From positions 6,510,001 through 6,574,000 of the forward strand of contig OX597817.1 in NCBI GenBank assembly GCA_951406725.2: a stretch of DNA of 64,000 nt, written 5' to 3'. Position numbers and translations under genes: made by a program. Under the pieces are notes generated by a model. The model saw only the letters and a list, made by a program, of their open reading frames with translations, had not been told where the DNA came from and made no database searches. Position 1 is the first letter of the stretch. Each line of letters opens with the position of its first letter. This DNA comes from Octopus vulgaris. Its lineage: Eukaryota. Below are positions 12,451 through 26,875 of the stretch, one piece after another.

Positions 12451-13085
12451 AATATCATCTGAAGTGCTCTGATAAAGCCCAATTTAAATAACTACGCCTT
12501 TGTCATCATCAGAACCTTTAGGCATACGCTGAACCTACAAAGAAATCTTAGAGGTATAGCTGCTAGCATTGACAGTCTAATCCTCTTCAAAATCTCATAA
12601 CAAGTTAGAATTTGAATGTTTATAGAGAACAAATTAGTTGTGAAACTAAAACCCTAACAAGGAAGTGGAATGGTCACGTTGAATTTTGGCAGAAGAATGA
12701 AAGACAGGACAACAATCACGTCAACCTTATTTGAAGACATTCACTCTGCATGAAACAAATATTAAATCCGATCACATGTCAATTTCCCCATAGTACACCA
12801 CAATTATGCTACTTGCATAAAAGAATATATGAAACACTGGTTCAATTCATGACATGTCAGAAGTACAACCATACCAAAACTAAAAACGACAGCAGCATTA
12901 ACAACGGTAAAGAAAAGAAGAAAAACATAGCACAACAGAAAATAGAGATATCCTTTCACAAATTCACACTAATGCATAACATTACATAAAAATGTCAGTA
13001 TTTAAAAATTATATTCAGATAATCTTTAAAATAATACCACGCAGTCACCTATAAAAGTGAGAGGAATATAAAATTGCAGCATTAC

Positions 13086-13322
13086 GTTTTGATTATAATG
13101 GTTAGGTAGTCAGAAAAATATGTGACTCTTTGCCAAGTATTTTTGGTTGCTATGTTTGAAGCCTGGAGTTTTGTCATTATTTAGGCTGATGATAAATGTC
13201 TGTTAAATTCACGTTTCTGTAGCTGACGAATACCTTTAACAAAAATTTCTTGAAACGTCCGATCCGCTATTTCAATTAAATAAGTTTCATAAAACTAGAC
13301 TACATGCACACGCACGCATGTA

Positions 13323-13359
<37 letters not shown>

Positions 13360-13862
13360 ACTTATATATATAAGAGTGTATGTGTAAGTAATAAAAAAAC
13401 GGAGATGAAATCAAAAGAGAAACAAACCCGAGGACTTGGTACATGCAAAGTGATTAATAAGACAATCAGATAAGGAAAGGAAGCATGATAGTTTTATGTT
13501 TCGAGCAGAGCGCCTCTTCCGAAACAGAAGGCACAGGAACGACCAAAAGAATAGGAAAATGGAGGAAAAAGATCGCCAACAGTCCACGTGTTTTTACATT
13601 TGCTGTAACCTTTTTAAAATCCGCATAATCTGAGAAAGTTCTACGCACATAATACATCATAGATTTCATGGTATAGAGCTGAAGTGATAAAGTAACGTAA
13701 TACTGTCATCACCAGCTCTTTTCAACGCTAGAAAAAAAAGACAGGCATTTATCATCAGCCTAAATAACGACAATAACCCAGGCCCCAAACAAATAACACA
13801 CAAAAACACCTGACAAAGAGTCACAAAAGTTTATCTGATTACTTAACCTTTATAATCAAAAC
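13086..13862. repeat. About 118-bp inverted repeat pair (13086-13203 / 13741-13862) enclosing an HHR-bearing insert (13491-13525, minus strand)
   Basis: gttttgattata...ggctgatgataaatg.ctgt occurs on both strands; inner motif gttt-cggaaga-...gctc-gaaa-ca-ta-aaac. Confidence 0.75.
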
Positions 13863-13964
13863 ACTATTGTGACGCTATGTTTCCCGGAAATGTGCAAATA
13901 TTTTCGCGCACGTCAGATATTTCGTTGTCACGAAAGTTTTCTGAACACACGGAGCAGAGACTAT

Positions 13965-14520
13965 AAAGCTATGCCTCACCTCCAGTGTTGATGGTCTTCG
14001 TGAATTCTGGGTCGTGGTTTGCAAAGTTCAGCGTGTCCTGAACACTTTCCATGCTGATCTGCGTTTGCTGCTCCACCAGGATCCTGAAGACGAATTTTGC
14101 CGACAATTTCCATATGCACAAATCATCCGAGAAAACTGAATGCACTGATCCTCTGCTTGTCCCCACTTATTGAGCAATTCCTTAGATTATAACATGCATG
14201 CCCTTCATGACTATTCACTGAAATTTCTCAATCGGGTCCTCTTTTCATCTTGTGCATGGGATGCTTGAGCCTACCCCGCTTTCTACTGAGGTGCGGTCAT
14301 TTTTGAAGTGGTAGTACCACCACATAATCTGAGTTGTTCCCATGGCATTATCGTCAAAGGCTTGGTAAAATTTGTGGATGGTTTGAGCTTGAATAACACC
14401 AAGCTTTTGCCAAAGTTTTCAGTATCTTTCCTCAATGCATTCGGTGAAAACGAAAATTCGACGAGCGCACACTTCACGTCTATATTGTAGGCGTAACAGC
14501 CGGACACTGATACAGCGTAC
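13965..14520 (-). mobile_element. Decayed mariner transposon fragment
   Basis: DDLCIWKLSAKFVFRIL (WVPRxL-like) and INTGGEA (ITGDE-like) motifs. Confidence 0.75.
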
Positions 14521-14570
14521 TAACACGAAGAATTTCACATATATATGTACACATATGACTATATGAACGC

Positions 14571-14604
<34 letters not shown>

Positions 14605-14903
14605 AATAGAAAGTCAGGCGGTGAATATTTTTTTTAACTACTTGTCATATTTAGGATTATAACCAACGCCATCTAATAATAGGTTTAGTGTGTAAATTAT
14701 GTTTAAATATTAAATATGCATGCTACCTATACAGTTGCATACTTACAAATCAATAGAAGTAAAGAAAGCTAACTCATGTCTCCTGGCATAGGCACAAAAC
14801 ACATATCCTTTTTAGTTAGTTATATATGGTTTGTGCCTAATGAATGTTAGAGGTATTTCTCAACATATGAAGCTATTAGTTCCACATAAATATATGCATT
14901 CCT

Positions 14904-15032
<129 letters not shown>

Positions 15033-15639
15033 TTCCAAAGGCCTGTCCAAAAATTAGGTATTCTATAAAAAAATACACACAAAAGATATAGTGTAATTGA
15101 ATTTAGGAAAAACGTGTGAAGCAATGCGACAGTTTCGCAAAGAAAGAGGAGTTTTCTGATCGAATTTGCAGTTAAATTTCTCTGAAATGATAACATAATG
15201 TTGTATGAAACTACAACAAAGTCAGAAAAAAGTACTAACTGGATCATCATTTTCTTATAGGTCTGCTCGATCACAGTTAATCCGAAACACACACACACAC
15301 ATACATACATACATACATACATAATACATACATACTCACACACATACAAACACACACACACACACACACACACATACATAAATACATACACATTCACACA
15401 CATACAAGCACACACACACAAAGGAAAAGCAGAAAGTTAAACGAGGAAACCATTATTATTAGCCTTTCTCTCAAATTAAAAACATTTCAGACTGCAAAAA
15501 TAGCAATGATATTTAATTATCCTTAACGCTATTAAATATCCTTAAAAGATATTTAAGGGAACATCATTTTTTGCAACGATGCCCGCGTTGAAGCCATGGT
15601 TGCTAGAAACTAATACGAAAGAAAAATTCCTAACACAGC

Positions 15640-15730
<91 letters not shown>

Positions 15731-16001
15731 CGTTTTGGGATTTGGTTTGCAAGATTCTTTATATGATTTCGTGTGTTGAAGCGTATTCTGTTGTGTCTGG
15801 GGAGGGTCACTCTCTTTTGGTGCCTTATAGTTTAACACGCTTACCGGTAAAATTTCCACTTATTTCTTATTTTCATTTCCTAAAATTTTCGTTCCGTCTT
15901 GCAACCTTTTCAATAGTCTTGACTCTGTCCGTTATTTACAATGCGTTCCTTTCTGTTTGTTTGTGCGCATGTGTGAGGGTCAGTGTGTGTTCGTGCCGAT
16001 G

Positions 16002-16047
<46 letters not shown>

Positions 16048-17246
16048 GTGTTATGCACTATTTTTTTCATCTAATTTACGATGTAAATGTAACAGTAAAT
16101 ATAGACGGGAAATAACCATTTATAGTTATAGAATAACCCCCTAGCACAACATGCACAAAGTAGAGCGCAGAAATAGCTGTATGATCAACATACATGAGCA
16201 TATGCATAAAACAGTGGCTATAAACTGAAAGAAACATGTTTCACAATATGTACATGTATTGAGTTCCTTTCAAACTCGTGTCAAAATAATATATATATAC
16301 CTGTGTATATGTGTGCGTTGAGTGTGTGTATGTGTCTGTGTGTGTTTGTGCATGTTTGCTTAATATATATGTATGTGTGTGTGCGCGCGTGTGTGCACCC
16401 GCGTACGTGTGTGTGGGCGTATGCGTCTACATACTTGCATACGTGCATGCATTCATTCATACTACCACATATCCCCCGAAATAACAGTATATGTTACATC
16501 GTATGAAAAATGATTTAACATATAATATAATCTTCTCCATATTTGTATATTCGAGTATGTTTATTGTGAACATTTTTTTGTATGTGTTTTTGTATGTGTT
16601 TGCATATTGTAAAATCCTCTAGTATCAATGATACACCTAGAAATTTTATTTCAATAATATTTTGATAACAGCTTCTTAACAATTTCTTTAGTTTGAAATA
16701 AATATCTCAATTTTGCTTGGAATTATAGTTTGATTTATCCTTTATTTGATTACTCAATGCTGTCATGCCTAATACGGCTTTCTTGTCTTTTGTATACCCG
16801 TATTTTGTTATACCGTATTTTGTTATATTTCGTAAATTCTCTTGTCTCTTGTTTGTACATTCCGTTTGGTTGGTTGATAAAATTAAAATACAATCTTTAT
16901 TTCATTACAGAAATGTGTTCGTCATTGTGGTATTTTAAATATACTAATATTTACTAGTACACATTCGAGTAGGCATACAGAGTGACTTCTAATGCATTGG
17001 ATGATATAAGCATATTTTTCAATACATAATAATGGACAGGTACATACATCTATACATATGCGTGCACTCTCATTTACATATTAAAATGAATAAACATGCA
17101 TGTCTCCTTCTATCCATTCTTCATGTATATATATATATACACAGACAGAGAGAAAGAAAGAAAGAGATGTGTGCATACATATATATGAGTGAATATATAT
17201 ATATTTATAGACCACTTATTTACCTAGTTGTATATGTATATATATA

Positions 17247-17289
<43 letters not shown>

Positions 17290-17385
17290 GCCTATTTACA
17301 TAGACATATATATATATATATGTATATATATATATGTATGTAAATGTATATATGTATGTTTTTATTGGGAATACATTTCTTCTCT

Positions 17386-17467
<82 letters not shown>

Positions 17468-19810
17468 CCACACAAACAATTCATATTAGCGTCAGATTGT
17501 GTGTGTGTGTGTGTCTTATGACAATTATATATGAGCAAATATGTTGAATGAGTTGACAAAATATATATATATAACATCATATAAGTAGATAACTACATTA
17601 TTTTGCTGTTTTCGATTTTACATAACATAACATTATTTTTATACTCAAAATTTCTAACTTTATAAATTCTCTGCTCTACTCCTTCTGAAATCTGTATTCC
17701 CACTTGTCACTGATTCTGAAAAATTAAAATGATAAAATGCATAATCTGATTTGTGTTAGTCCATGTTTGATATGATATCTGCTTTTAGGAGATATTTATA
17801 CACACACACACACAGACACATACGCGTGCACAAACACACACAATTATGTATATATATATATATATATGTATATGTATATATTTCTATATGTGCGTGTAAT
17901 TGCCTGAGTGTGTATTTGTGTGCCGGAATGTGTGTTTGGATATTTGTGATTGAAAGCAGAACGTTCCTGTAGATTTAACTTTGACTAAAATAGTAGGTTT
18001 TAAAGATATCACAAAACATATGTTTTAACTTGTTTTACTGGTAATAGATTAAGAGACGAATTTCAATATGTTAGGTAGGTATTTACTTCATTGTAACAGG
18101 TTATTTTTCTATAGCATGTTTGGAAATAATGGAGTGAAGAATTTGTGTCTTGGTTCAAATCTACTATGGTCGTGCTGTTATGTTTCAATGCTGGACCCCT
18201 TATTCTATACAGCTTCGTAAACATTTTGCTGAATAGCTACTATATTTTAAAATATACCATGCAAATTTGGTGAATTATATCTTATTTATTTCAGACATAA
18301 ATAGAAATAACCGTCAAATGAGAAAAAAATCGTCTAACAAAATTAAACACTGAAAGCGCTGGTAAACTATCTCCAGCATAATATGTTTCTTTATTAGCCA
18401 CACAGGGCTGCACACAGATAGAACAAATTACAAGGTAGAGCTTTTCTTTTGAAGGTTTAAAAAAAAAAAAAAAAAGGAAGGGGGGAGTTTCGATCAAAAG
18501 GGATCGTAAAAGGAGAGAAAGAGGACAAAAAAAGGGGGGGTTAAAAAAAAGGGGGAGAGGAAAAAAAATTTATCAATAGGGATCGTTATCACAGAAATGT
18601 CAATATGAAGTGTAAAGGGGAGGACAGGTGAGGTTTACCCGTGGAAAGAAAAGCCTACGGAAAAGACCACGGTAACCTCGGTCAATGATGTCACATTTTA
18701 TATTTCTTTTTTTTTTTTTTTTTTTTGCAAATAAGCAACTCTCTGTTTTCGATTTCTGGGTTCATAGGACTATGCTCAAGGTGGCTTCGTCATTCATACG
18801 CGCCATTCTTGCTACATTCACCCATCTTGAGTCATCAGATCTGCGCTCCTATTTATGCTGATAACGCATGTAAATATGAAATGCATCCCACTATCATACT
18901 CAGGAGTAGTAACATAAAAAAGCAACAGGAAGAGCAAAATTATCCTTCGCATGGCAGAGTATGCTGGATGTCATTCGGAGGAAGCTTCACTATAGATTTC
19001 CGGTGAATACTACACCAGAAATATACAATCAACTAAGAGGAAATTATCTCATTAACTTGCCAATAAAACAAATCAATCGAAACACCTGCGCCTAGGCATT
19101 CACAAACATAGGTACACACAGTCATATATTCACACAGAAACTCACGTGCGCGCGCACACACATAAACACACCCACACACAAACACACAGACACAAATATG
19201 GAATATAAATATTGCATAAGTTTAATACCAGTTACATTTGTTTCATTATCATTCACCCTCAAAATTACGGCTATGTAATACCGGTTTCTATTTCGTACTC
19301 CGGCAGCTGTTCAGGCACGGGTTTTCTACATATCCTTGGCGCGTAGATGAGTCGCTGGTATCTCTAGCAATCAAGCGTCCATTATGGACAAGATCAAGGA
19401 CGGTTGAGATCATGTGACTTGGTAGTGAAAGCGCTGGAGGTAGCGGAGAATTATGTCCCCCGTAAGTGATATAAAGAAGAGTGCATCTTGCACCAAAAGA
19501 CGATACGAGAGTTTCTCTCATAATATCTATCGTATCATGGTTTGTTCTAGCAGAAAATCGACATTGAAATGGGGATAAATATTACTCCACAATGGTTTCT
19601 GTTTCGTTCATGCTGATTTGTGTGAGATAACTTGCGCTAATCATTAAAAAGTTAAAGAACACTAAAAAGAATAAGAAATTAAAGGATAAAGCTTAAAAAA
19701 AATTAATGTTAACTAAGAAGAAATTTAAAGTATCTAAATTGCGAGATGTTTTTTTTATTATTAAGATACTTAAGCTGCATAGTAGCTTAAATAAGCATAA
19801 AGTTGATTTA

Positions 19811-20207
19811 TCTTTATATATAAAAGTGAAGTTGTGTGTCTGTCCCCTACGATTTAGGTTCCTAACTACTCCCACATTTTGCGGTGCAGTGTAACCAAAA
19901 CCGGGTATCTTATAGTCGTGATTCTTATCGAGCCCTTCTGGGTATTAGCGCGCGTCTACGATGAGTCTACCATTTAAAAAAAAAATTACCATAATTTTTT
20001 CCCATTTTTAATGCATTTTTTTGCTATTATATAAGGGAAGTAACTCTCTAAAAATGTATTATTAAATCTCAGAACGTAAAAAGCTACAGTAACCCACTCC
20101 CCTTTGTGGTTAGCCATATTGAGATGGCTATTATACTTTACATCTCTAAAAATGCTTATATAGTTATTTCCCTTACAAACCCGAGCAACGCCGGGCGATA
20201 CTGCTAG
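19811..20207 (+). mobile_element. Non-autonomous Helitron
   Basis: 5' TCtttatatataaaag; 3' hairpin cccgagcaacgccggg (20180-20195) followed by CTAG; inserted between host A and T; no TSD. Confidence 0.85.
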
Positions 20208-21143
20208 TTAAATTTAAAGCTTAAAATTTACTGTTTATAAAAGATCCATATAAAAAATATCCCTATTATAGAAAAATGTTTAAAGTATAGTTGTAGATTA
20301 TACAAATTGTAAGGATGAAATAATATAGGATGTATAAATACGTACGGAGACAGGACAATATTTTGTTATAAAAAGTACAGGAATAATAATGTATATGAAT
20401 ACGCGGGTTTTAAGTCATATGAAAATATAAAAATAAGATAATATAAAATATAAAGTCATGCGACAAGCGAAAATTGTGAACAGTCGCTAGTCAAATATCG
20501 GAATATGCGTGAAATGGGATTATAACATTTTGGATATAAGTATTGAAAGGGATTATTATCAAATGGAAAATCGAATTAGCCACTTAGGAGTTCAACATCA
20601 GTTTGACTGAACCTGTTTGAAATCCTATGCAGGTTTTGGTAATAAATTGATGAATGGATTAGTTATTCTGATATCTTGAATAATAGTAGTTATTAAATTT
20701 TAAGAGTTAAAGTTCACAATGAAGAGTTTCCTATGTGCATTAAAGCATTTCAGATGTGTTTTGACTAATTGAGATTTTCTAGAGAACGAATTACATTTAT
20801 TCATTGATCATTTTTATTGCTCTGTTGTGGGAAAGACAGATGAGACAAAGCTATGTTCGGAGATGTAGACGAAGGAAAGAAATTTCCAGAAGTAATTGTA
20901 CAATTATGAAATAACGAAGCAAAATGGAGAAACAAGTGATATGGTATTAGCGAAAGTCTTAAGCTATGTGTGTCAGTGTCTAATTAATAACTTCTTATAT
21001 TCAATTATGAGACTATAAGCATGTATAATAATTTCTAGCACTACTAATTAGCAAAATATTGTATTATACTTTACTACCCATATAAGGAAAACCCGTTCAA
21101 ATCAGAGGCTAACAAATTTCATAGCCGAATTTTTAAATCATGA

Positions 21144-21190
<47 letters not shown>

Positions 21191-21403
21191 GTGTACTTAC
21201 ATATAAGAGAGCAAAGTGATTTAATCAGCCGGAATTGCGAGGATGATCCGGTTCTTGACTGAGGATAGAAAGCTTCGAATGACCTGTCCTTGTTTTTTCT
21301 TTGTATCGTCTATATGGATGCTTTGTTGTCCCTTTTTGTATCACCTAGTTGCCCGGATGTTTTATGTTTTTGTCCTATTTTTTATTTTATATATATATAT
21401 ATA

Positions 21404-21447
<44 letters not shown>

Positions 21448-22609
21448 ACGTGCGTGCGTGCGTGTGTGTGCGTATAGAAATATTTTTGTTATACACTTGA
21501 AATTTCCAGTTTTCATCGTTTTAGCAATAAAGTTGATATTATGAGATGCATTTGACGTATTTGATAAGGACACTAATTCGTTAGTGAGGGATATAGATAT
21601 AGCTGATCGTATTGATTTCATACATTACGAAAAGCTGGAAGTTTCAATCTGCCACGCTTTGATTCCAGCTCAGAGAGTAAATGTTCGTCACGAAAACATG
21701 GTATTGTAAACCTCACTTTTCAACTCAGCCACTCTATAACGCTCTCAAATATTATAATTATTAACTGGATTTACTTCATCGTTGGAAGTAAGGGTATCAT
21801 ATCTGTGATTTTAGCAAGGCATTATTTAGACGAAAATAATAGGACTTTTGCAAAAATTCAAATGGAAGTGATAGATATGACAAATGCGATTGTCTATGAA
21901 AGCACATAAGACTCTTTACAGAGATATTTGGTTTTCAGGTAATAATTTCCATGGAAAACAAGGCAATTTCTATTGGAATTATTATCAGGTAATGGCAAAA
22001 GAATTATGGGAAAATTGGAAGAAAAAAATGCCCTCAGTTGTAATGGTTGTAAGTGGATAGATTGCAGACGTGAATAGAAATTGATGTAGAGTGGTTTGAT
22101 CATAGTTTCAAGTATGCGATTGGTAAATGTTATTAAACAGAATTTATTAAATACGAAAGTAACTTGGAATATATGACAGGTAATTACCGGTTGCAGCCTC
22201 GGTGTACCATACCTGTGCATGATGTAAATGGAAAACGTGCTGACATAATCTTTTATTACTTGGCAATAGGAATACGTATGGATGTAGATTTATCGGAATA
22301 CTTTTACAGGTTTCCACTTTCGTAGTTATGGAAACGGTTCTTCACAATTTGGCGGCATAATCTACTGCTAAAAATTATGATTTAGCGCTGATAGTGTTTC
22401 CTATTTTATTTAGCTATATACACGAGCATCAATAGTTCTTTTCAATATACTATGATATCATGCATAATTAGATGGTTCCAAATATATAACTGAATGATGA
22501 ATTCTAATATCTCTATCGAAACAATCTACCCATACTACAAACAAACTATTTATAAATCTGTGCCTTTTTACATTCATCTATAGAGCTGCATCTAATTATA
22601 CATACATAA

Positions 22610-22704
<95 letters not shown>

Positions 22705-22718
22705 TTATATCTAAGTAA

Positions 22719-22757
<39 letters not shown>

Positions 22758-23014
22758 TATTATTATATGTTTCAGCACATATGCTTCTAGCATCGTCAAC
22801 GTAATCACCTTTTCCGTTGCCATTCTTATGTAATTGGCTTTTAGTGAAAAAGGTAGTTCGACATAGTTGCCCTTTTTTTGACTTTTTTGCCCTGATATAG
22901 GTTCATTTGGAGACCTTGGAAATAGGAGATCGAATCATTTCTTGAAAACATCTACCCACCTCTCTATGAAGAATCCTCAGATATTTTTGCAAGGAATTAA
23001 TTAGCTGTGGTCCT

Positions 23015-23070
<56 letters not shown>

Positions 23071-23836
23071 GTGTGTGTAAACACATTAAGTCAATCACCT
23101 GGCGTTGCACGGGTTTCTGTTGTTCTTATTCAGATTAGTAAACAATAAATTAAAAAATATATTCTCATAATTACTTCAAATATCTATATCTTATTTTAAA
23201 ATATCCAAATTGTAATGATAATAGAATTTCGAACTGAAAATCTGTGTATCTTGAAGTACCTCAGGGTACACAATATTCATTGTGTAATTCTTTTTTTTAT
23301 GTCGAAATGAATAAATTGCTGCGGCCTTCAACTGACGAGCAAGCAACATAAAGTTAGCCGTGGGAGTAGCATGTAGTAGAGAGATCAGTCGCAACTGCCT
23401 TGAGAGATTGATCCTGAGATTTGTCAATTGAAATACCAAAACTTAGTTTGATTGGAAACTGAAGCGTGTTAAATTCAAATGGAACAGCTGTAGGTATGAA
23501 AAGAATTTTTGGAATAAAAACGTTTTCTCCTTTGTGAGTACCAGCTATGATAGTTGACGTATTGAGGTGAATGTTAATATCCCATTACCAATCTTATGGA
23601 GCTCGTATGAACACCTCTTGTAAGAGTATTCTGATGATGCTTGTAAGATAAAGTTCTTTTATGTCTCCAAAGGTACGAATTATTGAAGCATGTATTGTCC
23701 TCATCAGCAACGTTTGAAAGATTTGGTAGCTGAAAGATTGCTGAATCCTTTGATACTCCATGCGTCAAAAATCGGCAACTGAATTTTAGTAAGGAATATA
23801 CGCACGCACACACACACACAATCACTACTTCATATA

Positions 23837-24005
23837 GGCGCAGGTGTGTTTGTGTGGTAAGAAGCTTGCTTCCCAACCATGTGATTCTGAGTTCAGTCCC
23901 ACTGAATGGCACCTTAGGCAAGTGTCGTCTACTATAGCCTCTAGCCTCAGGCCGACCAAAACCTTGTGAGTAGATTCGGTATACGGAATCTAAATGAAAT
24001 CCGTC

Positions 24006-24044
<39 letters not shown>

Positions 24045-24190
24045 GGGAGGGAACTTTGTGTCTGCGCTTCTCTCCCCACCGTTGCTTGATGACCGATGCA
24101 ATAAGTTCTGGGGGCGATTTGGTCAACTAAAAGGCGGTACTCCAGCATGGCCAATGTCAAATGACTTAAACAAATAAAAGAATAAAAGAA
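23837..24190 (+). mobile_element. SINE family A, internally deleted
   Basis: Head ggcgcagg..gtgtggtaagaagcttgc and tail ggcggtactccagcatggcc. Confidence 0.85.
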
Positions 24191-24204
24191 TATATATTCT
24201 TTTA

Positions 24205-24660
24205 TCCTTTTATTCGTTTCAACTATGCAGTTGCGCTCAAGCTAGAACACCACTGTGGTTTTGCTGATTCCCTTGGGCGTTGTCATTTCACATCAGAACT
24301 CCTGTATGTACCTTTGTCCCACCTATTAGCCCATTTGGTCTATAAAAGAGTCAGATTTCGCTGCACTCATGTCGGCTCGTTGGTTCATCCGGTATTATGA
24401 AGAGGACATCTAGTGCCTTTTTGAAGACATCTACTTCCACAAAATATAGGTTTCTTGATTTTTGTAGTATTGTAGAGCTGTGAGCCTTTGAGTGAATGGT
24501 ACCTTGGTATAATACAAATGGCATCTAGTTCTGGTATTTGTTTAAAATTCAAATTCGAAATTGGGTACTAGCCCTTCTAGAGTTTTCCATATGTAGATTA
24601 TTACATGTCTGTCGCGCTTTCGCAAAAGAGAGTAAATACATTTTTTCAAAGCTTCTCTAT
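24205..24660 (-). mobile_element. CR1-group LINE 3' end, decayed
   Basis: Minus strand RNLYFVEVDVFKKALDVLFIIPDEP, homologous to 12200-12306, followed by a degenerate tail. Confidence 0.65.
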
Positions 24661-25058
24661 TGTTATCGGCTACCATATGCTATCATGGAGTAGACTCACT
24701 CATTTTACTGGATATATATGTGGAAATCCGGTAGTGTTTCACCTGACAACGTGCGAGTACATGACCAATGCTAGCTGATATTTATATATTTGCATAATAG
24801 TATGATATGAAAAATTCAGCAACGCACAGCTGTTACCAGTGCACAGAAAGTGTTATTGTGGCTTGTGATTAAAGCATGTTCAACCCACCTTCTTGTTTTA
24901 TATATGGGTGTGGGTGTGTCTCTGTGTGTGAATATGTATGTATGTATGAATGTATGTATGTATGTATGAATGTATGTATGTATGTATGTATGTATGTATG
25001 TATGTATGTATGTATGTATGTATGTATGTATGTATCTATTTATCTATCTATCTTCCCC

Positions 25059-25112
<54 letters not shown>

Positions 25113-25783
25113 AAGCATCTTGTAAACCAATTCACAATAAAAAGAAAGCTTCATATTGACTAATGCAACATTAACAATGCGATTCAGCTTAATCACTTCT
25201 TGTAGTGTGTATGTCTGATACAACTAGGAAAGCATCAAATAAAATATGCAAAAACAAATTCCTAGAAATAGAAATCAGGATCACACAATTAAACATAGAA
25301 ATAACAAAGAAATTAAACGAGCGAGACGATGGCAATTGACACACCCCTCTATAATTTGTATATTGCAAAACATGACATACAGAAATACAAACAGTAATTC
25401 CCCGCATAAACGTCAGTAATGACAGTATAGTTCCAGTTAATTAGCATACGAACACACAAGAAACTGGCTATCCTGCATAACAAAGGAGCTTGGAAACTCA
25501 GTCTCAAGAACCTAATGCAAGCATGACAAAAACATTTGAGAAAAATGCCTTACGAAACCAATCTTGATGTTATTCCTCCACCCAGAAAAAAAAACTATTC
25601 ATTAAATCATAACACGTCCATCTACATATTGAAAACAGCTAGGTCTTGATGAAACCATTGCACTTGCCGATGTCTTCTACTCATGTTGCACCACCACCAT
25701 CTTATTGTGTAGAACAAGGTCAAAAATGATTTCAGAATAATGACGGTGTAAATAAATATACGTATGTGTGTATAAATATATTA

Positions 25784-25819
<36 letters not shown>

Positions 25820-25835
25820 CGTGTGCGTGTATATA

Positions 25836-26230
25836 TACCGGGTGCCTCAAAAATATATACACACTTTCATAGCTGATAACACAGTTTCCATATATTTTAA
25901 ATTCAATCCGTTTGAAATAATGAAGGGAGACATTAAGTTTTGAGCAATGGATATTATCCCTTCAAGTGCTACTGGATGTTTGAAGACGCAGTAGAACTCT
26001 GGAGCCAGTCATGTGGGAGTTTCAAACAAATCCACCTACACGATTTACAATCATTCGGATACAAATATCTTTAAAGAAGATGGAAGACGCGGGCATCCTA
26101 CAAAGCCAGAAATAGTGCTAGATATTTTTGCCAGAATTCAAGGAACTCTATGGAGTAAGCTAGTCGGGAGACAGAAACTCCATAATCAATCATCCATCTC
26201 GTTTTGAATCGCTGTCATTGGTAAAACAAT
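25836..26230 (+). mobile_element. Possible decayed Tc1/mariner element 5' part
   Basis: TA followed by ccgggtgcctcaaaa TIR-like start, then a weak transposase-like remnant (GRRGHP). Confidence 0.35.
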
Positions 26231-26711
26231 GATTGCAGTTATTACACACAGAGATATCTACCAATGACTTTTAAAATGTAAGAAACCGTTAATAAATGTA
26301 GTTCTCGATATAGACAGTTGTGCATGTTTAAGATGAAATGGGTTTCTTTTTAATATAATTGTTCATGAATATCGAAATCTCCATAACATTTCAAATGCTA
26401 TCGTTTCCAATATTTTGTACATGGTGGACAAAGCCAGGGACGTTAATTGTCAAAGGTATATGGGTCGTAGCTAATCATAGGTGAACTGAGCTTTGTTACC
26501 TCAAAACGCTAGTTTTAACTGATGAAGATGGAATCCAATACGTAAAATATATAAATGCTATCTTGAACATTTCATTCTATAAATACACCAACAGCGGTTA
26601 TCATGCAGTAATGGGGGATAAATACAGAATAAACATACACAAGCACTCTGACGGAGACACACCCATAACACACACACGCACGCACACACATATACACACT
26701 CTCACACATAT

Positions 26712-26875
26712 ACGATGGGTTTCTTTCAGTTTCCGTTTACTAAATCTACTCACTAAGCTTTGGTCGGTCCGAGTTTATAGTAGAAACCATTTGCCCAAAG
26801 TTAAAAACAGTGTGACTGAATCCGGAATCATGTGATTGGAAAGTAAGCCTCTTACACCACAGCCAATTCTGTGCT
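26712..26875 (-). mobile_element. SINE family A 5' half, diverged
   Basis: tttctttcagtttccgt..ac.aaatc.actcac.aagctttggtcgg matches family A. Confidence 0.8.

Noticed and set aside
20500-22400. Possible host exons (e.g. acceptor at about 22310) or an ancient LINE; similar stretches at about 37100-38050 and 53100-54900
   Set aside because: Only faint RT-like remnants (GNYR) with many stops; neither gene nor element boundaries can be supported by eye.
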